Source: Candidatus Limnocylindrales bacterium (GTDB taxonomy: Bacteria; Chloroflexota; Limnocylindria; Limnocylindrales; CSP1-4). From it: 64,000 bases of DNA. The notes under the pieces were generated by a model, which worked only from the letters and a program-made list of their open reading frames with translations, did no database searches and was not told the DNA's origin. The DNA is taken from assembly GCA_038328755.1 (NCBI GenBank), contig JBBQMH010000003.1:5652-69651 (forward strand). Reading direction: 5' to 3'. A program made the position numbers and the translations under genes. This document shows positions 17,988-26,715 of this stretch, piece after piece; the first letter of the stretch is position 1, and each line of letters opens with the position of its first letter.

Positions 17988-17992
17988 CGGGA

Positions 17993-18586
17993 TCAGTCCC
18001 GGGCGAGGCCCCGCAGCGCGGCCTTGACCCGGTCCTCGAGTGATGAACCGACGCCGGATGTGGCGAGCGCGGCCCTGGCGGCATCCCGGGCTTCGGCCAG
18101 TGAGTACCCAAGGGCCTGCAGGGCGCCGACGACGTCGCCATCGCTGGCCGAACCGGGAAGCACCGTGCCCGCAGCGGCCACACCGGCAGCGGCGACCTTC
18201 TCCTTGAGCTCGAAGATGACCCGCTCCGCAAGTCGTTTGCCAATGCCGGGGATCGTCACCAGGACCGCCTGGTCCTGCTGCAGGATCGCGATCTGCAACT
18301 CGGCGGTTGGCCGGCTCCCAACGATCGCAAGGGCAACCTTCGGCCCGACGCCGGTGACCGTCAGGAGGAGGGTGAAGAAGCCAAGCTCCTCGACCGTCCG
18401 GAACCCGTACAGCGCCTGCTGATCCTCCCGGACCAGGTGATAGGTGTGAACCTTGAGGCGCCCGCCGGGTGTCGAGGTGGCGAGCAGCCCGGGGGAAGCA
18501 AATACCCGGTAGCCAAGACCGCCGACCTCAATGACAAGTGAATCGGCGGCGACCGCACCGACGATCCCGTCGAGCGATGCGATCAT
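17993..18586 (-). CDS. ruvA: Holliday junction DNA-binding protein RuvA
   Basis: Has MIASLDGIV..VIEVGGLGYRV.., the HhH pair (..LLTVTGVGPKVALAI.., ..IPGIGKRLAERV..) and C-terminal domain III. Confidence 0.95.
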   Translation of the reverse strand: MIASLDGIVGAVAADSLVIEVGGLGYRVFASPGLLATSTPGGRLKVHTYHLVREDQQALYGFRTVEELGFFTLLLTVTGVGPKVALAIVGSRPTAELQIAILQQDQAVLVTIPGIGKRLAERVIFELKEKVAAAGVAAAGTVLPGSASDGDVVGALQALGYSLAEARDAARAALATSGVGSSLEDRVKAALRGLARD

Positions 18587-19218
18587 CGGCTGCGACTCGG
18601 CGTCCGGGCCCTCGCCGGCCGTGGAGAGGACTTGCGCTCCTCTGCCAGCGCCGCACGGACGGCGCGTTCGTACGACGACTCTCCGACGACCTTCGGCGCA
18701 ACGGCCGCGCGGTCCAGGATCGCCGCACCGGGGACCGTGCCTCCGCCTTCTCGTTCGCTGTTGGCTGCCCAGATCGCAACGGCCAGCGCATCGGCCGCGT
18801 CGTCCGGACGGGGCGCTTCGTCCAACCCGAGGCAGATGGCCACCATCCGGCCCACCTGGGTCTTGTCCGCCGCACCAGAGCCGGTGACCGCGAGCTTGAC
18901 TTCGCTCGGCGTGGCTTCCCGGATCAAACGGCCGGATTGAGCGGCCGCGAGCAGGACGACCCCACGCGCCTGGCCCACGGCAAACGCGGTCTGCGCGTTG
19001 CGCGAGAAGAACAGACGCTCCACGGCCACGAGGTGCGGATCGTGACGAGCGATGAGGTCGGTGAGGAACGTGTGGATCGCCAGGAGTCGCTCCGGGAGAC
19101 CCAGCTCCGAGCTCGTCTCGAGACAGCCGACGTCGATGAGTCGCAGTTTCGCGCCGGTCCGTTCGATGAGCCCCCAGCCGAGGGCTGCGGTGCCTGGGTC
19201 AATACCCAGGACGATCAT
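18583..19218 (-). CDS. ruvC: crossover junction endodeoxyribonuclease RuvC
   Basis: Has MIVLGIDPGTAALGWGLIE.., ..VAVERLFF.. and ..DAADALAVAI... Shows 4-nt overlaps with both ruvA and yebC. Confidence 0.95.
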   Translation of the reverse strand: MIVLGIDPGTAALGWGLIERTGAKLRLIDVGCLETSSELGLPERLLAIHTFLTDLIARHDPHLVAVERLFFSRNAQTAFAVGQARGVVLLAAAQSGRLIREATPSEVKLAVTGSGAADKTQVGRMVAICLGLDEAPRPDDAADALAVAIWAANSEREGGGTVPGAAILDRAAVAPKVVGESSYERAVRAALAEERKSSPRPARARTPSRSR

Positions 19219-19967
19219 CCGGCGACCTCGGTAAAGACGTCCTCGGGGATATCGAAGTTGGCCGTGACCCGCTGGACGTCGTCGAGATCCTCGAGCATCT
19301 CGATCAACCGCAGGTTCTGCCGAGCCCGGTGGGCGTCCAGCTCGACGGTCGTCTTGGCGATCATGGCGTTCTCGGCCGACTCGATGGTGATGCCAGCCAC
19401 CTCGAGCTCCCGGCGGATCCGCTCGAGGTCGGATGGCTCGGTATAGACCTCGATGGACCCGGGATCCGAGGTATCCACGTCGGCTGCGCCGGCATCGATC
19501 GCGGCGAGCGCCACCCCATCCGCATCGGCGGCCGACGAGGTGACGGAGATGAGTCCCCGAGGCTCGAACTGCCAGGCGACGGCGCCGCTTCCGGCCAGTG
19601 AGCCGCCCGCCTTGGTGAACATCGAACGCACATCGGACGCCGTGCGATTGCGGTTATCTGTGGCCGCTTCGACGAGGACGGCCACGCCACCGGGGCCGTA
19701 GCCCTCGTAGACGATCTCCTCGTACGCATCGCCCTCGGCGGCAGACGTGGCTCGCTCGATGGCTCGTTTGATGTTGTCCAGCGGCATGTTGACCGCGCGC
19801 GCCTTGTCCATTGCCAGCCTGAGACGGTAGTTGGCATCGGGGTCGCTGCCGCCGGTCCTGGCCGAAACCATGATCTCGCGGGCGACCTTGGTGAAGAGTG
19901 CCCCGCGCTTCGCGTCGGTGACACCCTTCTGGCGCTTGATCGTGGACCACTTGGAATGACCAGACAT
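19215..19967 (-). CDS. yebC: YebC/PmpR-family DNA-binding regulator
   Basis: MSGHSKWSTIKRQKGVTDAKRGALFTKVAREI.. is the canonical YebC N-terminus. Start at ATG 19967, not the ORF-track 20096. Confidence 0.93.
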   Translation of the reverse strand: MSGHSKWSTIKRQKGVTDAKRGALFTKVAREIMVSARTGGSDPDANYRLRLAMDKARAVNMPLDNIKRAIERATSAAEGDAYEEIVYEGYGPGGVAVLVEAATDNRNRTASDVRSMFTKAGGSLAGSGAVAWQFEPRGLISVTSSAADADGVALAAIDAGAADVDTSDPGSIEVYTEPSDLERIRRELEVAGITIESAENAMIAKTTVELDAHRARQNLRLIEMLEDLDDVQRVTANFDIPEDVFTEVAG

Positions 19968-20066
19968 CGGGCGCGAGTATACCGGACTATCATGGTCAGA
20001 CCGCCCGCGGCGTGTCCCCCCGCGGCCTGCTTCGACCCCTTCGCCAGCAGAGAGGACCGATCGTTC

Positions 20067-22151
20067 ATGACCATGAAGAACGTCGACCTGCCCCACCTAC
20101 GAAGCGTCGTCCTGGCCGGTCACGCCGGCTCCGGCAAGACGACGCTCGGCGAACAGCTCCTCTTTCGAGCCAGCGCCATTCCTCGCCTCGGGCGGGTGGA
20201 CGACGGGACGTCGCACCTCGACTTCGAGCCCGAGGAGCAGAAGCGGCACGAATCGCTGAGTCTTGCGGTCGCGACGTTCGAGACCGACGACACCCGGATC
20301 ACCATCGTCGACACGCCCGGCTACCTTGATTTCGCGGCCGAGGTGGTCTCCGGCTTCCACGCCACGGACGGTGCCGTCCTCGTCATGGATGCGTCCGGCG
20401 GGGTCGAGGCGGGACTGGAGAATGCGGTCGCGCTGGCCCGGGCGACCAACACGGCGACCTGCTTCTTCATCAACAAGTGCGACCGGGAGAACGCGGATCC
20501 GACGGCCGCCCTTGACGCACTCCGTGTCGCCTTTGGGAACAAGGTTGCGCCACTGCAGCTCGCCATCGGTGCCGGAGAGACCTTCACCGGGTACGTGGAC
20601 CTGGTCCATCGGCGCGCGTATCGCTGGGACGGGTCGGAAGGCGTCGAATTTCCAATTCCGGCCGACCTTGAGCCGGAGGTGGCGCTCCGTCGAGATCAGC
20701 TGCTGGAAGCTGCTTCCGAAGCGGATGACGACGTACTGACCAAGTACCTGGAAGGGGTCGAGATCTCGGACGCGGAGCTCGAGGCCTGCCTGCGAAAGGG
20801 CGTCAAGGAGTCGGTCCTGGCTCCGGTTCTCGTCGGCAGTGGTGCCATCGGGATCGGCCTGCGCGGGCTCCTCGATGCCATCATCAGGTACCTGCCGTCG
20901 CCCGCCGATGAGGCTCCCGCAACCACGACGGACCGGAAGGGGGTGACCGTCGAGGTCGCGGCGGACGCCACCGGCCCGCTCGTCGTCCGGGTCTTCAAGA
21001 CGGCCGCCGATCCCTTCGTCGGGCGGATGACCTACCTGCGGGTCCTGTCGGGAACACTCCACTCGCAGGGGCACATCTGGAATACGACCCGCAACGAGGA
21101 CGAGCGCATCGGCCAGTTGCTGCTGCTCCATGGAAAAGAGCAGGAGTCGATTGGCGAATTGAAGGCCGGCGAGATCGGTGCCGTCGCCAAGCTCGCGGTC
21201 ACCGCCACCGGCGATACGCTCGGCGACAAGGACCACCCGCTGGTCCTCGGGGCCCTCCAGTTCCCGACTCCGACGCTGATCGTCGCAATCGAGCCCCAGA
21301 CGAAAGCCGACCTCGACAAGATGGGGCCGGCCCTTCAGCGGATGCTCGAGGAGGAAACCACGGCCCGATTGGAGCGCAGCGACGCCGGCGAGCAGATCCT
21401 CGTCACCATGGGCGAGGCACACACCGCGGTGATCGTCGAGCGGCTCAAGCGCAAGTTCGGGTCCGCGATCGTGACGAAGATGCCGCGCGTCCCCTACCAG
21501 GAGACGATCCGGGGCAAGACGCAGGTCCACGGCCGCTACAAGAAGCAGACCGGTGGCCACGGCATGTTCGGCGACGTCTGGCTGGAGCTGGAGCCGAACC
21601 CGGGGGCGGGCATCGCATTCGCCGAGCGCGTGGTCGGAGGTTCGGTTCCCAAGCAGTTCTTTCCGGGCGTCGAGAAGGGTATTCGCGAGGCGGCGGCCGA
21701 AGGCGTCATTGCCGGGTACCCCCTTTCCGACTTCCGCGCGACGCTCTATGACGGGTCGTTCCACAACGTCGACTCGAACGAGCTGTCATTCAAGATCGCC
21801 GCGTCCATGGCGCTCAAGGATGGTGTTCATCAGGCCAAGCCGGCCCTACTGGAGCCGATCATGTCGGTCGAGGTCCGGATCCCGGAGGCCTACATGGGCG
21901 AAGTGAACCGGGATCTCAACGGCCGTCGCGGGCGGGTGATGGGCATGGATATCGTGGACGGGATGCAGGTGATCACGGCAACGGTGCCACAGGCCGAACT
22001 GTTCTCCTATGCGACCGAGCTACGCTCGATCACCGGAGGCCGGGGGACATTCACCGCCAGCCTCGATCACTACTACGACGTTCCGTCGCATATCGCCGAG
22101 AAGGTGATCGAGGATCACCGCAAGGTCGGAGAGTCACACGGCGGGCACTGA
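20067..22151 (+). CDS. elongation factor G paralogue (EF-G2-like translational GTPase)
   Basis: Has ..VVLAGHAGSGKTTLGEQLL.., DTPGYLDF, FINKCD and EF-G domains II-V (..TGGRGTFT.. near the C-terminus). Not in a str-operon context, hence called a paralogue. Start at ATG 20067 (MTMKNVD) with AGAGGA upstream. Confidence 0.85.
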   Translation: MTMKNVDLPHLRSVVLAGHAGSGKTTLGEQLLFRASAIPRLGRVDDGTSHLDFEPEEQKRHESLSLAVATFETDDTRITIVDTPGYLDFAAEVVSGFHATDGAVLVMDASGGVEAGLENAVALARATNTATCFFINKCDRENADPTAALDALRVAFGNKVAPLQLAIGAGETFTGYVDLVHRRAYRWDGSEGVEFPIPADLEPEVALRRDQLLEAASEADDDVLTKYLEGVEISDAELEACLRKGVKESVLAPVLVGSGAIGIGLRGLLDAIIRYLPSPADEAPATTTDRKGVTVEVAADATGPLVVRVFKTAADPFVGRMTYLRVLSGTLHSQGHIWNTTRNEDERIGQLLLLHGKEQESIGELKAGEIGAVAKLAVTATGDTLGDKDHPLVLGALQFPTPTLIVAIEPQTKADLDKMGPALQRMLEEETTARLERSDAGEQILVTMGEAHTAVIVERLKRKFGSAIVTKMPRVPYQETIRGKTQVHGRYKKQTGGHGMFGDVWLELEPNPGAGIAFAERVVGGSVPKQFFPGVEKGIREAAAEGVIAGYPLSDFRATLYDGSFHNVDSNELSFKIAASMALKDGVHQAKPALLEPIMSVEVRIPEAYMGEVNRDLNGRRGRVMGMDIVDGMQVITATVPQAELFSYATELRSITGGRGTFTASLDHYYDVPSHIAEKVIEDHRKVGESHGGH

Positions 22152-22172
22152 CGGAGTCGGCTCGCGGATCGT

Positions 22173-22907
22173 TCAGACGCCGCGGGGCTGACCGCAGGCC
22201 TCGAGCGCCTCGGCGAGGTCCATCGTGCCGTCGTAGAGGGCTCGGCCGACGATTGCGCCAGTGCAGCCGATGGCACGAAGGGCACGGAGGTGATCCGGCG
22301 TCGCAATTCCCCCTGCCGCGATCACGCGAGCCCGCGGGTCCTGCAGCGCCTGGCCAAGCAAGGCGACATCCGGCCCACTGAGCATCCCGTCCCGGGCAAT
22401 GGCCGTGACCTCGAACCAGCGAATCCCGACGGCGAGCAGACGTTCCATCGCTTCGCTGAGGGCGATGCCCGGTGCACCAGGTCTCCAACCGAGTCCCACC
22501 GCGACGCCGTCGCGGACGTCGAGGGAGACGACGACGCGATCGGCGCCCTGCGCATCCACCAGATCGCCGGCGAACGCTGGATCGGCCAGGGCGCTCGTGC
22601 CGACGACGACCCGCGTGGCTCCGGACTCGATCGCAGCTTCGGCGGCAGGCGCGGTCCGGAGTCCACCGGCGATCTCGACTGACGCTCGTGATCCAGCTGC
22701 ATCGGTGATTGCCCGGATGGCCGGCAGGTTCGTGGGCGTGCCGAGCCGGGCGGCATCGAGGTCGACGACGTGGAGCCAGCGCGCTCCCCCATCGATGAAC
22801 ATGAGCGCTACGGCCACCGGATCGTCCGAGAAGACCGTCTCGCGGCTGAAATCCCCGCGCTGCAGTCGAACGACGAGTCCACCGCGGAGATCGATCGCGG
22901 GCAGCAT
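22173..22907 (-). CDS. hisA: ProFAR isomerase HisA (possibly PriA-type)
   Basis: MLPAIDLRGGLVVRLQRGDF.. is a (beta/alpha)8 HisA. GGAG lies 8 nt before ATG 22907. Confidence 0.9.
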   Translation of the reverse strand: MLPAIDLRGGLVVRLQRGDFSRETVFSDDPVAVALMFIDGGARWLHVVDLDAARLGTPTNLPAIRAITDAAGSRASVEIAGGLRTAPAAEAAIESGATRVVVGTSALADPAFAGDLVDAQGADRVVVSLDVRDGVAVGLGWRPGAPGIALSEAMERLLAVGIRWFEVTAIARDGMLSGPDVALLGQALQDPRARVIAAGGIATPDHLRALRAIGCTGAIVGRALYDGTMDLAEALEACGQPRGV

Positions 22908-22949
22908 CTGGAACTCCGGGATGCGCTTCCCTTCGCCGTGTTGCCGTGT

Positions 22950-22959
22950 TAGCATGCTA
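22950..22959. promoter_or_regulatory. 10-bp perfect palindrome TAGCATGCTA in the hisA / yerC-his divergent region (candidate operator)
   Basis: The only perfect palindrome in the 106-bp divergent spacer (22908-23013). It sits next to TTGCCG (22941-22946). Confidence 0.3.
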
Positions 22960-23013
22960 CAACGCTACCACAACCGCACCAATTTCTCGAACCACATCCG
23001 CGAGGTACCCGTC

Positions 23014-23352
23014 ATGGCGACCGACTCCTGGCGAACCGACGAAACGGGCGCGCTTTTCGACGCAATCCTGCAGCTCGACTCAGCCGCTGAAGCAGACCGA
23101 TTCTTCCGCGACCTGTGCACGCTGGGCGAGCTGCGCGACCTCGGCATGCGATGGGCCGTTGCGCGTCTCCTCGATCAGGGACTGCACTACGCAGAGATCT
23201 CCGAGCGGACCGGAGCGAGCACCGCAACCATCACCAGGATTGCGTCATGGCTTCGCCACGGGGAAGGCGGGTACCGCCTTATGCTGGACCGCATGGCGGA
23301 CTCCCGAGACCGCGGGGCGGACTCCCGAGACCGCGGGGCGGACTCCTCATGA
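23014..23352 (+). CDS. TrpR-like YerC/YecD-family DNA-binding protein
   Basis: MATDSWRTDETGALFDAILQLDSAAEADRFFRDLCTLGELRDLGMRWAVARLLDQGLHYAEISERTGASTATITRIASWLRHGEGGY is the typical YerC/YecD (Trp repressor fold) sequence. The stop overlaps the hisG ATG (ATGA). Confidence 0.8.
   Translation: MATDSWRTDETGALFDAILQLDSAAEADRFFRDLCTLGELRDLGMRWAVARLLDQGLHYAEISERTGASTATITRIASWLRHGEGGYRLMLDRMADSRDRGADSRDRGADSS
23296..23346 (+). repeat. 21-bp tandem repeat, 2.4 copies (GCGGACTCCCGAGACCGCGGG)
   Basis: Two perfect copies (23296-23316 and 23317-23337) plus a 9-nt partial copy. It encodes ADSRDRG-ADSRDRG-ADS at the C-terminus of the TrpR-like protein. Confidence 0.9.
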
Positions 23353-24209
23353 CCCCTCGTCTTCGGCTTGCGGTACCGAACAAGGGACGCCTCGTCGAGC
23401 CGACTCTTGCCCTGCTGCACGGGGCAGGACTCGTCTTTGACGAACATGACCGAAGTCTCGTCGCGCGCGTTCAGAACTTCGACCTGGACATCCTGTTCGT
23501 GCGCGCCGCCGATGTCGGCGAGTTCGTGCGTGACGGGGTCGCGGAGCTGGGTATCACCGGTGCCGATCTGCTCGAGGAAGCCGATTCTCATCTGCCGATC
23601 ACGCGCAGCCTCGGCTTCGGGCAGTGCCGCCTTGCCGTGGCCGTTCCGACCACGAGTCCGATCGAGCGTGTCGAGGAACTGGCCGGCCAACGGATTGCGA
23701 CCTCGCACCCGAATGTGGCCCGTGCCTTCTTTGCCCGTCGGCAGATCGAGGTCGATGTCGTTTCCCTCTCGGGAGCCGTGGAAGTTGCGCCCCGCCTCGG
23801 GCTCGCAGAGGCAATCGTGGATCTTGTCTCTACCGGATCGACCCTGGCAATGAACGGGCTCCGCTTGCTCGAAACCGTCTTCGAATCCGAGGCGGTCCTC
23901 GTGTCCGGCCCCGCCGTCGACGAGAGCCGGGCTGCCGAGGTACAGGCGCTCGATACGATGATCGGCGCGGTCATCGCGGCACGCGGCCGCAAGTACGTGA
24001 TGATGAATGCGCCTTCGGAGCGGCTGGCTGCCCTCGAGGCGCTGCTCCCGGGTCTCGAGTCCCCGTCGGTGATCCCGCTCGCCCATTCCGGGATGATCGC
24101 GATCCACTCCGTGGTCGGCGCGGACGACGTCTGGGACCTTCTCCCGAGACTCAAGGGTGCGGGCGCGTCCGGCATCCTCGTTCTGCCGATCGAGAAGATC
24201 GTCTCGTGA
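23349..24209 (+). CDS. hisG: ATP phosphoribosyltransferase (long form)
   Basis: Has MTPRLRLAVPNKGRLVEPTLALL.. and ..DLVSTGSTLAMNGL.., plus a C-terminal regulatory domain. 286 aa. Confidence 0.93.
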   Translation: MTPRLRLAVPNKGRLVEPTLALLHGAGLVFDEHDRSLVARVQNFDLDILFVRAADVGEFVRDGVAELGITGADLLEEADSHLPITRSLGFGQCRLAVAVPTTSPIERVEELAGQRIATSHPNVARAFFARRQIEVDVVSLSGAVEVAPRLGLAEAIVDLVSTGSTLAMNGLRLLETVFESEAVLVSGPAVDESRAAEVQALDTMIGAVIAARGRKYVMMNAPSERLAALEALLPGLESPSVIPLAHSGMIAIHSVVGADDVWDLLPRLKGAGASGILVLPIEKIVS

Positions 24210-25573
24210 CCACGAATGTGGGCTCTGAGGTGAGGACCGCCCCGCTCCCGAGGATCGAGCGACTCGACCTCCAGGCGGCCGGGCTGGCGGCTGTCCGGGA
24301 CCCGGCGTTTCAGGCCCTTGCTCGACGCGGAGCGGTGCCTGATCCGACCACGAGATCGGCCGCACGGGAGATGCTTGACCTGGTGTCGGCAGAGGGATCG
24401 GCCGCGGTCCGGGAACTGAACCGGCGATTCGGTGGCAGCCTGGCGGACGGTCGCCTCGTTCTGACCGGCGCGGACTGTGCCGTCGCTGCTGCGGCCTTGT
24501 CTCCAGCAATACGGACCGCGCTCGAGGCGGCAATTGCCAATGTTCGACGGTTTGCCGAGACCCAGCGGCCCTCCGGCCGGACCACGACCATCGTTCCGGG
24601 TGTCGATATCGAGCGACGCTGGGTGCCGATCGAGCGCGTTGGAGCGTATGTCCCAGGCGGCGGGGCCGCGTACCCATCGAGCCTCATCATGACCGTCGTT
24701 CCAGCCCAGGTTGCCGGCGTCGGATCCATCGTGGTGGCCACTCCGGCCGCGGCCGATGGGTCGATCGACCCGGTCCTCCTCGGCGCGGCAGGGCTGCTCG
24801 GAGTGCAGGCGATCATCGTGGCGGGCGGAGCCCAGGCGATCGGCGCCCTGGCCTTCGGCCTGGCTGATGAGGGGATCGAACCCGCCGACCTGGTGGTCGG
24901 TCCGGGCAATGCCTGGGTCACGGCGGCCAAACTGGAGCTGGCGGGACGGACGGCCATCGATCTACCGGCCGGTCCGTCCGAAGGACTCGTCATCGCGACG
25001 CCCCCCGCCGATCCCGATCGAGTCGCCGCTGATCTGCTCACGCAGGCCGAACACGGTCCCGATTCGCCGGCCATCCTCATCACCACGGATGGTGCGTTCG
25101 CCGATTCCGTTGAAGGTGCCATGCGAGAGCGGCTCCGGTCGGCCACGAGGGCCGAGGTGCTGGTGCGCGCACTGCGAGACCACGGCCGGATCATCCTCGT
25201 GGCGGATGTCGGGACGGCAATCCAGCTGGCGAATGCGTATGGCCCGGAACACCTCTCGATCGACGTGCCGGATCCGGAGACGGCGGCCTCGTTGATCCGC
25301 AACGCCGGATCCGTGTTCGTCGGGCCATGGGCTCCAGAATCCGCCGGCGACTACGCGACCGGTGCCAACCACGTGCTCCCGACCGGCGGCCTGGCGCGTG
25401 GCTGCGGCCCGCTCGCGGTGGAAACATTCGGGAAGTACCTCCAGGTCCAGCGGATCTCCCGTTCCGGGCTGGAGCGGCTCCGCCCCACGATTCGCGCCCT
25501 GGCTGAGGCCGAGGGGCTGTTCGCGCATCGCGATGCCGTCGAGGCACGGTTCGCCGACGAGCGCACCCGATGA
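24206..25573 (+). CDS. hisD: histidinol dehydrogenase
   Basis: GTG 24206 overlaps the hisG stop (GTGA). Has ..YVPGGGAAYPSSLIM.., ..GPGNAWVTAAK.. and ..AEHGPDS... Confidence 0.95.
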   Translation: MTTNVGSEVRTAPLPRIERLDLQAAGLAAVRDPAFQALARRGAVPDPTTRSAAREMLDLVSAEGSAAVRELNRRFGGSLADGRLVLTGADCAVAAAALSPAIRTALEAAIANVRRFAETQRPSGRTTTIVPGVDIERRWVPIERVGAYVPGGGAAYPSSLIMTVVPAQVAGVGSIVVATPAAADGSIDPVLLGAAGLLGVQAIIVAGGAQAIGALAFGLADEGIEPADLVVGPGNAWVTAAKLELAGRTAIDLPAGPSEGLVIATPPADPDRVAADLLTQAEHGPDSPAILITTDGAFADSVEGAMRERLRSATRAEVLVRALRDHGRIILVADVGTAIQLANAYGPEHLSIDVPDPETAASLIRNAGSVFVGPWAPESAGDYATGANHVLPTGGLARGCGPLAVETFGKYLQVQRISRSGLERLRPTIRALAEAEGLFAHRDAVEARFADERTR

Positions 25574-26715
25574 GTCCAACACCCGTGACCTTCAGTTCAC
25601 CGACCGAGTCGGGGTCCTATGCCTGGGAAGCGACCGACGAAGAGGTCTCGCTCCGCTATGGCATTCCCTTGTCGCAGGTCGCCCGGTTCGATCTGAACAC
25701 CTCCCCTGCCCCACCCGAGTTGGCGATCCGACTGCTCGCGGCGAATGCCTTCGATCGAGCGATCTCCGAGTACCCGCCCTCCGACTACCGCAGGCTCACG
25801 GCCGCTGCGGCCGGTCGCTACGGCGTTGAAGTTGACGAGCTGATCGTCGGTGCCGGCGCGGACGAGATCCTCGACCTGATTGCCAAGGCCTTCATCCCGC
25901 ATGGCGGTTCGGCGGTCATCCCGACGCCCTCGTACGCGATGTACCGCGTTGGTACAGAGCAGCGCGGCGCCGAGGTCCGCTCCGTGCCACGGCTCGGGTC
26001 GGACGCGGACTTTGCCATGGACCTGCCGGGCGTCCGGGCCGCCGCCCGTGGAGCCGATGTGGTCTGGCTGTGCAGCCCGAACAACCCGACGGCCATGGCG
26101 GAGCCCGACGGTGCGGTGGAGGCGCTCCTGGGCCAGCTGCTCGAGGACGCTCAGGCCTTCGGGACCGAACCGCCGGTCGTGGTGATCGACGAGGCCTATG
26201 CCGAGTTCGTCGGTCGGACGCTGGTCGGGCTCCGGGCGGGCTACGCGCGCCTCATCGTCATCCGCACTGCCAGCAAGGCGTACGCGCTCGCTGGTCTGCG
26301 CGTTGGGTTCGGACTCGCGAGGTCGGAGATGATCCAACGGATGGCCCCCTACCGACCCCCTGGTTCCGTCGCCGTTCCGTCGGTCCATATCGTGACCGAG
26401 GCGCTCCTCGACGACGGCATCCTGGCCGCCAATCTCGATCGCGTCGAGCGCGAGCGCACGCGCCTGTCCAACGAGCTGGGAACTGCCGGTTGGACGGTGT
26501 TTCCGTCGGTCACCAACTTCATCCTGGTGGACTTCGTGAACCGCCAGCGTGCGGCTCACATGGCCGAGGCACTCTTGCGGCAGGGCCTGGTTCCGCGAAC
26601 CTTCGGGGCGGCCCATCCGCTTGCTCATTGCCTCCGGATCACCGTCCGCAGCACGTCCGAAAACGATCGCCTCATCGAGGCCGCCCGGCACATCAACCTG
26701 GAGATCGAATCATGA
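25570..26715 (+). CDS. hisC: histidinol-phosphate aminotransferase
   Basis: Has ..LCSPNNPT.., ..IDEAY.. and ..RTASKAYALAGLRVG.. (PLP lysine). ATGA overlap with hisD. Confidence 0.93.
   Translation: MSPTPVTFSSPTESGSYAWEATDEEVSLRYGIPLSQVARFDLNTSPAPPELAIRLLAANAFDRAISEYPPSDYRRLTAAAAGRYGVEVDELIVGAGADEILDLIAKAFIPHGGSAVIPTPSYAMYRVGTEQRGAEVRSVPRLGSDADFAMDLPGVRAAARGADVVWLCSPNNPTAMAEPDGAVEALLGQLLEDAQAFGTEPPVVVIDEAYAEFVGRTLVGLRAGYARLIVIRTASKAYALAGLRVGFGLARSEMIQRMAPYRPPGSVAVPSVHIVTEALLDDGILAANLDRVERERTRLSNELGTAGWTVFPSVTNFILVDFVNRQRAAHMAEALLRQGLVPRTFGAAHPLAHCLRITVRSTSENDRLIEAARHINLEIES

Noticed and set aside
23296-23346. Short tandem repeats (here, at 41513-41562 and at 62997-63083) as CRISPR arrays
   Set aside because: The units are directly adjacent with no unique spacers, there are only 2-3 copies, and they lie within or at the ends of coding sequences. 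No cas genes are present in the window.
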